NCBI RefSeq assembly: GCF_037042905.1
Contig: NC_087252.1
Span: 8,992,001 to 9,056,000 of the forward strand
Direction of reading: 5' to 3'
Length of the DNA: 64,000 nt
DNA from: Lytechinus pictus
Lineage: Eukaryota
The notes under the pieces were generated by a model. That model saw only the letters and a list, made by a program, of their open reading frames with translations, did not search any database and had not been told where the DNA came from. A program made the position numbers and the translations under genes. Below are positions 13,651 to 26,201 of this stretch, one piece after another (within the stretch, counting starts at the first letter, position 1; each line of letters opens with the position of its first letter).

Positions 13651-14394
13651 AGCTACAGATAAGGGTGGGGTACATTTTACAGGCTCTTGTGGGACTATGT
13701 TTTAAGGTGACCGAACATAATTGCATGCAAAATGCAGAGCAATGCCTCGATCCTCTAACTTTTTAAGAGGTTTCATTATTATAAAAGTTGATTTGTGTAG
13801 AAAACGCCTTTCATCCTCATACAGGTAATATATACCCTTCTATCGCTACGCACGTTACATGCATTTCTGCGTGTTACGCACATCAACAAAGGAGATGCAA
13901 GATATAAAAAAAAAAAATGTCAATGCACATGAACATTTTAGACAAAAACTTTTGGACGAATTTTTATATTTTTCAAAATGTATTAACCGGACTATCCAGA
14001 AAAAGATTTCAATCGATTTCTACTATCCAAATCATAGTAAAATGCGCATTCATTTAAAATAGTCCCATTGTCAGACTGTGTGCAAAAAATACGAAAATAA
14101 TTGACTTTCATCAAAAACCCAAGAGGGCCACCAGAATTGTCAATTCTGAACCCCGTGGAACATGATTTGGCAAAGGGAACATCAAGATTCATTAACTAGA
14201 CACTTTAGGCAATACATAAACGTTGATTAAAAATATATTATGATGGTGCACAGGAACCCCCATTTCCGACTCGACTACAATAATGCAATCATACATGCCA
14301 TAGGTTTATTGTTGAAAACTAGGCTTAAAACGTAGCCTATAGACTGTCAAGTGGGCAATCAATCTTTGTTGAAACCATTTTTTTATCAGCACCT

Positions 14395-15210
14395 TCGGTA
14401 ATAATGGCAGCGGTAATAATGGCAAAGGTAAAAATGGCAGTGGTAATAATGGAAGCGGTGATGCTGGCGAAGGTAAAAATGGCAGGGGTAATAATGGCAG
14501 TGGTGATAGTGGCAAAGGTAAAAATGGCGAAGATAAAAATGGAGGGGTAATAACGGCAGAGGTATAAATGGCAGGGATTTTAATGGAAGAGGTAAAAATG
14601 GCAGAAGTAAAACACTTGGAGGTATTATTGCCAGTCGTAAATCCCAATGCAATAGATTGTCCAAAAACCCCGCATGTCCATAGATTAGATAAGAATATAT
14701 GTACACGGTTAGGCATTTCATCATAACATTATATCTTCATCGGCCGAACAATGCTATTTACGAATTCTATGGAGGTGTATTTGAACCTTGAGGGCTTTTT
14801 TGAGATTTGAAAGACAGAAATTTTTCTTCATTTAATTTATCAAAAGCAAAATGAAACTGGGCTATTCTCATTCATCTTTTAATAACATTCCATTTTGTCT
14901 GATCTAAAGCTTTGCAAGGTTTACCGATAAAAAAGGAGGAGGAGTATACATGAGAGAGGTGGAAGGACAGAGACGGTTTGGGGGAGGGGGAAACAGAGAA
15001 TATAGAGGGGAAAGCTTAGACGTTGAAATTGTCACGAACGATTGTGATTAAATATTTTGTCCTTATTTGTATGCCGTCTGTACTAATCTTTTTAAACATT
15101 TGAATAACAATAGACATGCATTCCCAGGTTATGCGCTGAATTTGTAACTTATAAAAATAAATAATAATCTTGTTTTGCCTGGTGAACCAGTTTGGGATCA
15201 ATCGAGGGTC
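14395..15210 (+). mobile_element. Left part of a 15-mer-array TIR element (family of 32281-34160)
   Basis: GGTAAWAATGGCAG repeats at 14397-14610 followed by ~600 bp alignable with 32500-33200. Confidence 0.75.
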
Positions 15211-15707
15211 TGGTTCAGTAACTTTGAAGATTATTTCTTCTTTTATGACGGGACACAAAAGTTCTTCACGTAATCCTGACAGCCGCTTTCAAAATGTTCA
15301 ATGGCATTTCTCTTGCAGGAAATATTAATGCATTGAGCATTGTGTAAAAAAAATATCATTTATGATTTTGCACACCAAGACTCAATACATAGTGAAACTA
15401 AAACTGAAATCAAAATGAAAATGAAATCTTGACGAGCGCTTGAAACAGCAGTTATTTTGTATGCATTTTTGTTCTATATTGCGTGAAAAAGTTAATTCTA
15501 TGTAAATATTGTATATACGTTAAATGTTTTTAACGTTGTATATTAATTCCGAAACTCTTCCTAGATTTTTTGTTTTAGTCGAAAGAAAAAAATAATGGCA
15601 AATCTACAACGTTTTATATAGCACGCAAATTGGTTTCTACGTTTTACTTGTTAAGAAACTATTTTATTGGTCCTTCTCCCTCATTATCCATGCAACTTAA
15701 AGACATA

Positions 15708-16981
15708 CAGTGCGTATCAAACAAAAACCAGGACAGATTTGAAAAGTCTATAAATTATTGTCTCAAATTATGATGTCTATATTTTGGTGTAAATAGGTGC
15801 TCTTAGGTCTTATCTTTATCTGAGTAATATGATGATCAGACTTCTTGCTAATCAGGTGACTTCCTCTCGACCTTTTCATTATCTGTGCCACAATTTTCGA
15901 ATTATGCTGTCAAATTTTATTTACAACTTTATTTATTTACTTGAATTATTTTGTTTTTTTCATTTAAACTTCTCTTACCTTTTAATTTTCCTTCAAAAGT
16001 AACTGAGAAAAGAAGATTTGTTTGTCAACCCAAGCAAGAAGATTTGCATTATTAATTGGAAAAACTTGTCATTATTCAAATCCTTTTATTATGTGAAACA
16101 AATTATGTTATGTACCTTTAAAAGACATGAATCTATTTTTCAAGGGGTCATTGATTCCTTGACCAAGTTTAATTGCTTGACAGGAAACACAGGAAGGGAT
16201 TTATGTCTTTCAATGACAATGGTACATTGAGTCAATTTCGAAGGAGCTAGATATGGCAGATCGGGAAAATGTATTCAAAATTTGTGAGCGAGCGAAGTGA
16301 GCACGCAAATATTCCCACTTTTTTATTACAATATCAAATTTTGTGATAAATTTTGACATAATATTCAGAAAATAATATCATATTTTACTTTCTATCTTTC
16401 CTTTTATTTCCTGTTCACTTTTTTTCTTCTTCATGATTTTTTTTATTGAGGGGGAGCATTCGAAGCCCCCACACATCTGTGTGGCACTATTCAAAAGGCA
16501 CCATAACGTTTGTACATGTAGCACACAATGAAAGGATTTTTTTTTTGGGGGGGGGAATCCACGCTTTCTCATACTTCGGTTGAAACAAAATTGTTTTAGC
16601 TTGAAGAAGGAATATTCAAAGCTAACAGAGAGCATGTTAAAAAGAAGCAACAACAGAACTATTCAAGCAAATAAATTTTGAATTTTGACCGCATGCTTTA
16701 AAAATTGTGGCAAAGATAATGAAAGAGTAAAGATGAAGTCTGCTCATTAGCAAGAAGTCCGATCATCATATTTATAATTTTAGGCCATTTTGGCGCAAGC
16801 CTCCTTTTTGACCCCAAACGAAAACATTCCGTGTTCGCTCAAGCATGAACGAAACTATTTTTTTTATAGCATTTGAAAGATAAGACCTTAGAACACATAT
16901 TAACACCTTAGACATTATAATTTGATACAAAAAATTTATAGACTTTTCAAATCTGTCCCGGTTTTTTTTTTATACGCACTG
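15708..16981. mobile_element. Tc1/mariner-like non-autonomous element
   Basis: TA|CAGTGCGTAT...GACAGATTTGAAAAGTCTATAAA with its inverse ending ATACGCACTG|TA; absent from the inverted paralog near 18680. Confidence 0.85.
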
Positions 16982-17559
16982 TATAGTCGTGCATAATTTT
17001 TTTTATAAAAATGAATAGACTTTGCTTTTTAGGTAGATACAAAAAAGTACGAGATACATTATTTAAGAAAAACATAGTGTTGTAACTGGATGTAGCCATA
17101 AAAAGCCCAGATAGAATTATTAAGATAACCACACCTGATATCAAATATAGTGTATTCAGTATGAGAATTATATCAATAGAAAATTGATTCGTGAAATTGA
17201 AAGAGGTTGTCTAGATAGTGTAAACAAGTAATTTTATTTTCCATATTTAAAAGCATGTAAAGCACTGCAGTAAAAACATATTTAGTTGTATAAATACGAA
17301 GACAAAATCGACCTATAAGAATAAGATTTGATTTTCCTTTGAACAAATGTGCCACGCCACCAACAACCGACAATCTGTCAGGGAATGTTCTCTCACTGGA
17401 TATAGCCCCAGAAGTCTTAAAAAATTAAGAAATAGCAAATACTATTTGAAGAATGTTTCATCCTTTTCATGCTCCCAAATTTATAAATTAAACAAGTGGA
17501 ACGCTTCTGGCAGTCTCGTCTGCATTACTCAATTCGATATACATGTATAAGCCTCGGAA

Positions 17560-18192
17560 AGTAGTTTTTCAAGATGGCGTTTGGCGGCCATCTTGGATTT
17601 GATCCGAAGATTATCCTTTATGCAAAATTACAACATGAATTGAAGCAACATACCAAATAACTCACCAATAGTATTAATGTTCATGATTCTGGGGCAAAGG
17701 GTTCAAAAGTTCATATTTCAAGATGGCGTCATATGGCGGCCATCTTGGATTTGACCTGAAGATAACATTATATTGCAAAATAGATAGCAGAAATGGATTC
17801 TACACACCCCAAAATCCCGAAGCAAAGGTATTACTCATCATTCTGGGGCAAGGGGTTCAAATTATTTTTTCAAGATGGCATCTGGCGGTCATCTTGGATT
17901 TAACCTGAAGATGACCTTATGATGCAAAATAATAATAGAAATGGATTCTACACAACCCTTAACCCGTAAAATTTGTTATTGCTCATCATTTGGGGCAAGG
18001 GGTTCAAAACTTAGGTTTTCAAGATGGCATGTGGCGGCCATTTTGGATTTATGCAAATTAGCAAAATTGCTCTTAGTTGCCGTTTGGGCAACCAAGCTGA
18101 ATTTGTTCTAGGACCCCATACGAACATGAATCAAGAAAAAACTTCATCGGAAGAACATTTCTAGGTTCGGAAAATGTCAAATCGACTACTAG
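17560..18192. repeat. ~150-bp tandem repeat within a dispersed element
   Basis: TTTCAAGATGGC...GGCGGCCATCTTGGATTT near 17567, 17716, 17868, 18017; ends GTCAAATCGACTA; related copy at 48475-49025. Confidence 0.8.
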
Positions 18193-19021
18193 AGCTTCCT
18201 GGACCATTTGAGTGGGCCAATGCTGATGCAGGACCCCGGCCGCAAGGGGCTTCGCGCTCGTGATGTGCGCAAAAAACATCAAATTAGAGTCTCCAGTTTG
18301 CTAGGGGATCCAGGCGGGAGAATCTCCAGATCAGAAGGTGTTTGGGGTTGGAGTCTCTGCTTTATATTTACATAACTCAATATGTAATTACTGCAGTGGT
18401 TTTCATGCGTTTAAATATGGAAATTAAAATTATGTGTCTACTACTGTGTAGAAAACCTCTTTCAATTTCACGAATTAATTTTTTATTGATATAATTATCA
18501 TACTGAATATAGTATATTTGATATCAGATGTGGTTATCTTAATACTTCGATATCGGTTTTTATGCCTACAACCAGTTACAACACTATTTTTTTTCTTAAA
18601 TAATGCATCTCGTTCTTTTTTGTATCTACCTAAAAAGCAAAAGTCAATTCATTTTTATAAAAAAAAATTATGCACGACTATATTAAATTGCATCGATAAT
18701 GAGGGAGAAGAACCAATAAAATAGTTTTATTTTAACAAGTAAAACGTAGAAACCAATATGCGTGCCTTATAAAACGTTATACATTTGCCATTATTTTTTC
18801 TTTCGACTAACAAAAAAAATATAGAAGGAGTTTTGGAAGCAAGATTAAACGTATATACAATATTTACAAAGAATGAACTTTTTTCATGCAATAACGAAAA
18901 AAGAATGCATACAAAATAACTGCTGTTTCAAGCGCTCGTCAGGATTTCATAGAGACTATAAGGCTACGCCCCTTCAAAGAATCATTTTGATTTCGGTTTT
19001 AGTTTCACTTTATATTATTAT

Positions 19022-19774
19022 AAACATCTCTGTGCTAGGGGCCACGGGGCCAGGGCAGTCCAACTGGCAATTAACAAAGTTCGTTCTCTCCCCAGATCTG
19101 AAGTTCTCAAACCAAAAAGTGACAAGGAGACCACCGACAGAATACCGCTTGTGACCACCTTCCATCCCAATCTACCCCCTCTCCGCAAAATTGATAACCA
19201 CCACATTTTACACACTTCTGATCGTCTCCAACAGGCCGTTCCCGATACTCCCCTTCTAGCATACCGACGCCCACCGAATCTCAGGGACCTCATTGTTCGT
19301 GCTGAAGTGCCCTCCCTCACTAACCATTCTTCTCCCATACAGCATGGCACCTTCAAATGCACCAGCAACAGGTGCATCATATGTGAAATACACCTTCACG
19401 AGGGCGATACTTTCACCAGCAACTCTACCAGCCTGTCTCACCAAATCAAGGGCAACATCACATGCACTACCACTAATGTTGTATATCTCATCACTTGCAG
19501 AGTTTGTAGGGTACAATACATAGGGGAAACCAAGACCACACTCAAGAAACGATTCTACGGGCACAGATCCACCGTCAACACAGCAAAGCTGGACACTCCA
19601 GTTGGCCGCCATTTTAACCTCCCCAACCACTCCATCACTGACATGATGCTACAGGGCATCGAATCTTTAGGTACCCGTCCTGACTCAGTCCGTACTAGCA
19701 GGGAGAAGCTCTGGATGAGACGACTTCGCACCACCCAACCTCATGGCCTGAACATCCAAGAGGGGAACGACTGA
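19022..19774 (+). CDS. PLE ORF C-terminus: RT end/linker plus GIY-YIG endonuclease (5'-truncated, open frame)
   Basis: Frame open from the insertion junction (KHLCARGH...RIPLVTTFHPNLP); CxxxxCxxC linker; VVYLITCRVCRVQYIGET, RFYGH, HF, REKLW, PHGLN. Confidence 0.9.
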   Translation, partial: KHLCARGHGARAVQLAINKVRSLPRSEVLKPKSDKETTDRIPLVTTFHPNLPPLRKIDNHHILHTSDRLQQAVPDTPLLAYRRPPNLRDLIVRAEVPSLTNHSSPIQHGTFKCTSNRCIICEIHLHEGDTFTSNSTSLSHQIKGNITCTTTNVVYLITCRVCRVQYIGETKTTLKKRFYGHRSTVNTAKLDTPVGRHFNLPNHSITDMMLQGIESLGTRPDSVRTSREKLWMRRLRTTQPHGLNIQEGND

Positions 19775-20654
19775 TTTTCTTTCCTATCCACTTTCAATTT
19801 ATATATACATAATTTTTCCCCTCAGCTCTTTTGAATAGTTACATTATAGTTTCTTACTCTACTTTCCTCCCATATCTCATACAAGCTCAGCTCCAATGTT
19901 TCCTTCCTTATTCAGGCGATATAATAATTATTATATATATATATATATATATATGTTTTTTCTCCACTTATTTACATGTATACTATGGTTTCTTCATAAT
20001 ACACCCCCTCTCTTCTATATTTGCTTTTACCTTTTTAGGCAATTTGCTTCCTCTTTTTCACATATACAGATTTTTTTCTTTCCTACTATATAGTCTTATG
20101 TTTTTTCCCGTCACACCTAGCGGATTACCATATCAGTTACACCATATGTGTATATATTTATATATTTTTTCATATACATTTCTTTTTTGGATATATTTAT
20201 ATACATATCACTTATAGATACATATTTACACTTACCTTCTTCTCTTAGTTTGTTTAATGCTTTATCATATATACTTATATGTCTTTTGCAAATTATCAGT
20301 TGTTCCCCATTCTTTTTCTTCTTTTTTCCCCCCACTCTTATGCACCAGTTTATTAAGCCTTTCTTTGTAACCTGTTTGACCCACCTCTCACTAATTCTCT
20401 AGTTATTCATCCCTCTATCACTGTTTTGTTCCAGATCCTGTTTGATGTTGCCTGCCTCATTATCTTAATCCCTCTTGGCCTTACTTACACTAACTTCCCT
20501 TTGTGTCTGCCTACTCCTTTTCTTTCATCCCCTTCACTAACCTGATTGGTCTTCTCTACTCACTAATGCCCCTTTTGTCTCCTTGTTTCTAGTGTTGCTG
20601 TAGCTTGTTTGTGGTCTATATTATGGTTGTTCCACTTTATATGTTTGTCATTTT

Positions 20655-20693
20655 GCCTCCGACGAAGATTCTGCTAGGATCGAAAGCTTAGGC
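20655..20693 (+). ncRNA. Minimal type I hammerhead ribozyme-like motif
   Basis: GCCT-CCGACGA-A-GATTC(TGCTA)GGATC-GAAA-GCTT-AGGC: stem I GCCT/AGGC, stem II, GAAA box, palindromic AAGCTT in place of stem III. Confidence 0.72.
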
Positions 20694-21266
20694 CCCTTTT
20701 TGACTTTATATTATTATTGAGCGTTGGCGTGCAAAACCATAAATGATAAAGATTTCTTTTTTACACAATGCATTGATATTTCCTGCAAGAGAAATGCCAT
20801 TATTAAAGCATTCTAAAAGCTTCCGTCAGGATTTCGTGAACAATTTTTGTGTCCCGTCATAAAAGAAGAAATAATCTTGATTTTATTAGTTTCATTTTGA
20901 TTTTGGCCTTTTTACTTTCAGATTTAAGTTCCAAACAACCAATTTATCAATGACATGGCGTGTGAAAGCACGAATAATTTGATTTTCTTTGGACCACTGT
21001 TCATAGTAAATTCTAAATGGACCGTTTCATTTGAATGAACTGCTTTGACACACCTGAAATGGAGAGATCGACCTATTTCCATTGTATCCATGAACAAAGT
21101 TAATTCAATAATAACAACTTTCATTTTAGGGGCTAAGGTTGTCTGTTTAGAGATAAATATTTTTGATGCATATCGAATGGCATATTGGTATCTTTATTAG
21201 AATTTTTTTGCTTTTCTTATAAATTTTGGAAAATGATTTAACTGCAGGAATAAACTATCATTATTA

Positions 21267-22633
21267 TAGGTTTTCCCGCTCAATTTCGCACTTAGTGCAT
21301 GCAAGAGTATAAATAGTTCATTCAATTTCGCTAAAGAGCAACCAATAATTCAAACTAGTCATCCAAAATCTCCATAGGGCTATCATTTTGGCTTAAGAGC
21401 AATCAAAAGTGTAAAAACACCAATCAGATTCGCCATACATGTAGTCCTCTCAAGTTAACACCGGAGGTCACGTGTCTGAAGACAGAGCGTTCAATTTCGC
21501 TATTATGTATCCATGTTCATAACTAGTGCATTCAGTTTAGCACTGTATTTACATGACTTGTTATACATATTCAAACATTCCTCGCTTGTTTTTTTTCCGG
21601 CCTGCAGTATGTGTGCCACCAGTGACCATTCATAAGACTGCACTGGACAATTTACATTATTCTTTACAGATGCTTGTAAAAAAACAATATAAATAAAATA
21701 GAAGCAGTAGCCTACTTATTTAGAAAGTTGTTTTGTCTTATTAAGTATATACATTTAATTTTATGTTTTTAAAGATTATAAAAGGTTTTAAAAAAATTAC
21801 ATGAGGGAAGAAAACCGCAGTCAATGTCTCAAGTTTTGATGAAAAGATATTTGTTTTAAATGGTTAAAGTCATAGGAAAACACATGCAAGATAAAAAGAA
21901 CATTAAACGTAAATATGAAAGAAGAAAATCATGATGTTGTATACATGCTATGATTATGTCTCGAGTCAATGCATATATCGATGAGATGGTGCAAATGACA
22001 AGAAAATATACATTAAGAACAACAAAAAAATACAAATATACAAAAGACATATGAATTAACACAGGGAAATGTCAGCAAATTTTCCCTCTGTTAATTCATA
22101 TGCCTTTAGCCATCCGATATTTGATATGGACATAGTAAGCTCATAAAATGGAAGAAAATATAAACATGAGAAAGTTATAAAACAAATAGAAAAAAATACG
22201 TGTGCTAAATTGCATGCTCATATTGTATAATTGCATGCCCTAACAATGGCGAAATCGAATGCCCTTACATAGCTCGAGGGGGTTTCACGGGCGAACTTGG
22301 TTGCATTATGTACAAATTCGTAAGCCGAGTGGCACATTTTTTTTAACAAGTGCACACCAAGTTACCAATAATGCACATAGCATTTCCATTTATTTCAAAG
22401 CAGGATAAAAGAGATAATTAGAAAATAAGGATTTGGTTGTTCTAAAGCGATCATGAATGCCAAATTGCTATTTTGGTTGCACTATAGCGAATTTGAATGC
22501 CGACTGGTGATTTTGGCTGCCCTATCTAATATATTGAATGATCTATTTATACTTTCTCATGCACTATGTGCGAAAATCAATGACCTATCTTTACTTTTGC
22601 ATGCACTAAGTGCGAAATTGGACGAAAAATCTA
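21267..22633. mobile_element. Non-autonomous TIR element with TAG...CTA termini
   Basis: ~45-bp imperfect TIR containing CAATTTCGCACTTAGTGCATGCAA / TTGCATGCACTAAGTGCGAAATTG; internal TTCAATTTCGCTA sub-repeats. Confidence 0.7.
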
Positions 22634-23247
22634 TATTTCAAAATAAATTGTCCATATCCGTTTCATTTTTTTTCCATGAGGAAAACATTTCTATACATAC
22701 ATAAGGTTACATAAGGTTCAGTTCTGGACGAGGGATCTTCTGTTCCTCTAAGTCCAGCTCCTGGTGGTAAACAGTGACGTCTGAATAATTAGCGCGGTCC
22801 GGGGGCGAATTTTTAAACCGTAGGATGGCCACTGAAGAATCATGAATTATTCATGAGCCATTCGCTTCGCAATCCGCCTCCCTCAACACACTAGTCTGTA
22901 ATAGAGACCGTGTTTATTGTGAGCGTTTAAACGCTGCTTATGTTATGACAGTTTATTTTTCGTCTTGAATTATATTCTTTCCTCATCTTGATAAAAAAAA
23001 TATATTGTAGTTATTAATCCAAGATTAAATCTAGATCTACTACAAAATATCTCGCCGCACAAAATATGAACCTTATAATCAAATTTGAATTCTGCATTAC
23101 GCCACCAAAAATCAATCGTTTTTTCAAATTGTAATACATCCTTAGACTCTACTATATCAATGAAATAGTTTAGCAAAAACCTTTAAGAGAAAATTTCTAA
23201 TTTCAAATAACATTTCCAAGTCGAATATTGTTGTTTGTTGTTTTTGG

Positions 23248-23360
23248 CAGTCGCGTAACAGCCGGGGGAAGGGGGCAGGTGGGCAAGGTGCCCCCCTGGC
23301 GGATTTCACAGGGGAAAAAGGGAAAAGGAAGGGAGAAAGAAAGAGAAAAGGGAAGGAAAG
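23248..23360 (+). mobile_element. Left end of hAT-like element (family of 11772), split by the next insertion
   Basis: CAGTCGCGTAACAGCCGGGG...CCCCCTGGCGGATTTCAC matches 11772-11840; purine tract resumes at 25596-25640. Confidence 0.7.
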
Positions 23361-25595
23361 GGCTTGTTATAATCAATCGGGTCGCGTTCGCGTTCGAAAT
23401 CACTCGGGTTTTGGATTTTTGGCGATTTTTTTTTTATTTCGATGCGATTTTTTTTCTAACGGTGTCTTCAATGGGACAAACACGCTGGGAAAATAAAATG
23501 AAATTCAAATTCTAGTTTCGTTTTAAGCCGGCAAGTGCCTTAAAAAAAAGGCTTAACATAGCAAACAAGCAAATCAGCCATGTGGCTCAACTATCCTAGA
23601 ATACATCCAGACTTCTACTGTTCTTATACGAGGACTCCGAGTCGGAACTTGCCATATCTGCCACATCGATATTACATCGTCATTCCCATGTAGGGACATG
23701 TATGCCTGCATGCAATGGCCCCAAGGCGGGACCCGGCCACGGTCGGACACGGCGTGCATCGGTAGCATGGAGCAAGGTAACGTGAGTCCAGCCGAGTTAG
23801 ATCCCACGTTACAGTGCCAGTCAGTCTGCAGCTCGTCCGAAAGTATTTTATTCAGCGGTATGCATAGCCAGCCATCCGTGGTTTAATGCATATATACGCA
23901 GTTTGACCAAAAGCTTCGGTCTCCAGTCTGTAATGTTCGTTGTTCCGCTGAACTCCATTAGCTCCACTCACCAATACAGAGACCGAAGTTCTAGCTCGAT
24001 CTGTACAGGGACTCAATGGTCATATGTTTATGCATTAAGTTCCAATAAAACGGGGAAGTGAAGTTGCGCGACAGCCGAAGCAATTAGTTACTGTTTTTCC
24101 CCTTTTAAGTTTATTTTCTCTTTTTTGGTGCATTTTAGGACAAAACGGAATAATAATATTTATTTTATACAGTTCTTTCCATATATTTTTATATAAAATA
24201 AAGACAAAAATTGATGAGCGCTGTCTGGGGGATTTTGCATTGTTAACCCCGTACTGATGGTTGCACCATAGCGAGCCGTCTGTGTACGAGGAGAAATAAA
24301 AAACTCGAAACAGACGGCTGCCAGCTGTCTAATACGTAATGAGCTTTGAGGACGATCTTTCCGATAGGCGTTTTAAAATTCTGCTCTTAACTATTGTCCA
24401 TTTCTCATAAAAGTTGTCTTATTTTATAGATAAAATCGCCATATCATGTTTTAAGTAACTGGAGACCTAAAAAATTCCCTACCTAAATTCTCGAAACATT
24501 GCATTAGGTGATGTGCTTAATTGATCTTCTTTGTGCTCGCGTGCCAAACGTATACGTTGAGCTGAACGGGGATCAGTCTCTCTCTCTGTCTCTCCTACCT
24601 TTCCGAAATTAAAACGGTCCTTCGATCGGACATAGTTATTTAGACGCAGGACAAGTAATGCTCTGACAACCAAACTAACTTTTCGTCAGCATCAGTAAAA
24701 ATGTGAATAGGCTTTTAAAAACTAATACTAAAACTGATCTAAAATTGATCTTAGATCGATTTTAAAATTGATTTTGGAAATCGATTTTAAATTAATTTTA
24801 AAATCGTAATTGTACCTGTTCTAATTAACCGATTTTAAAATCGGCTCCCGATTTTACCCGATTTTACCACAATCGGCGCGATCACCTGCCAATCTTCGAT
24901 CATGCCCCTTGAAGGAAAAATCGGATATAAAATATCGGCGTAGATCTAGTTACAGTGCGTGATCGTTCAGAACATATTTCAAGATTTTTTTGAGGTGCTA
25001 GCTATTTAGAGGTCGCATTAATCAGGGAGAAAGACGCAGTATTATCTCTGACGATGTTTACGAGGATAGATATCTTCTCTTCAACCTCGTGGTGATAGCG
25101 GACGCCGCCGTGAACTTTTAAAGGTCGTATTACCGACGGACATCACTGCACTACTCTCTTACCTCCTTTATGATGATAGACACTTCTCTTCAACCTCGTG
25201 GTGATAGCGGACCCCGCTTCTTTTATATTTGTTCTTGGTTATCAAAAGTTAATTTCTGAAGATAGTAATAAATTGATTTGAAAACGTTAGCTCCCCAAAA
25301 CATTTTAATAACATGTTCCGAATCATCGCGCGTGCTTGCGACTTCTATTACATTTTAATTGCACTTGCGCCTTTAAGATGATGCATTTTATTTAAGGCAT
25401 TTGCTGGCTTAAAACGAAACTAGAATTTCAATTTCATTTTATTTGCCCAGCGTGTTTGTCCCATTGAAGACACCGTTAGAAAAAAAATCGCATCGAAATA
25501 AAAAAAAAATCACCAAAAATAAAAAACCCGAGTGATTTTGAACGCGACCCGAGTGATTTCGAACGCGAACGCGACCCGAGTGATTATAATAAGCC
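23361..25595. mobile_element. Long-TIR DNA transposon derivative (Merlin- or MULE-like)
   Basis: ~190-200-bp TIRs starting GGCTT (23361-~23548, ~25388-25595); perfect 8-bp TSD AAGGAAAG. Confidence 0.88.
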
Positions 25596-25639
25596 AAGGA
25601 AAGGGGGAAAAGAAAGAAGGAAAAGGAAAGGAAAAAGGG

Positions 25640-25826
25640 TGCACTTTTTAAAAAGACTTTATTTGGATGTGCTCAGATGTTTCTGGATGAAAGTTCATGG
25701 TTGATATTACGCCGCCATGTCTACTCCTTCATAGACTTTGTAAACGGGGGCGTATTTTATTCACGTATGAAAAATAAAAAATATATATTTATCCCCTCTA
25801 TGAACGTTATGTCCCACCTTCCCCTA
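25640..25826 (-). mobile_element. Diverged terminal fragment of pogo-like element
   Basis: Aligns with 54280-54462; ends CGTTATGTCCCACCTTCCCC|TA. Confidence 0.65.
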
Positions 25827-26093
25827 ATATGGTTAATTTCATTTTCAATATGAAAGGATTTTCTTTCCATATCACTGATCTAACGAAAATATTTCATTTG
25901 TCTGTACATAACACAAATAGCATCAGAACACGTTTGGACCTAAAAAGAAACTTAATCTAAAATTGAAACAAAATTATTTGAGGTGGGAGGTAATCTTTTT
26001 TACAATTGTACATAGAGGTTGTTTACAAACCCCTATATATCGTGTAGACGCCTTCAATGTCGGTTGTCTCTTACCATCTATTCACCCCGAAAT

Positions 26094-26201
26094 CACGGCC
26101 GTCAGCGCAAAGGATTATCATTTAAGCTTCGGGGGGGGGGCTGTGAACATCTTCAGTTGCGCCCCCAACGCAACAGATAATCCTCTGCGCTGACGGTCAT
26201 G
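26094..26201. mobile_element. 108-bp hairpin MITE
   Basis: CACGGCCGTCAGCGCAAAGGATTATC / GATAATCCTCTGCGCTGACGGTCATG; imperfect 8-bp flanks CCCGAAAT/CCCAAAAC. Confidence 0.7.

Larger units (their letters stand above)
7345..17540 (+). repeat. Segmental-duplication unit, copy 1
   Basis: 7345-10085 aligns with 55273-57726 and 14830-17540 aligns with 57735-60520, direct orientation, high identity by eye. Confidence 0.9.
19022..20702 (+). mobile_element. 5'-truncated Penelope-like retroelement (PLE)
   Basis: GIY-YIG ORF, pyrimidine-rich 3' region, terminal hammerhead-like motif, 15-bp direct repeat ACTTTATATTATTAT at 19007-19021 and 20703-20717. Confidence 0.92.
18375..20880 (-). repeat. Inverted partial copy of duplication unit, interrupted by Penelope element
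   Basis: 18375-18685 is the reverse complement of ~16985-17290; 18685-19010 and 20715-20880 are the reverse complement of ~15225-15700. Confidence 0.85.

Noticed and set aside
15005..15025. Additional hammerheads at GAAAGCTTAG (also ~33031, ~57913) and CTGACGA near 25048
   Set aside because: The partner core box and stems are missing
24479..24673. 64-aa ORF as a transposase or host exon
   Set aside because: No recognisable motif, non-ATG start, no further exons found
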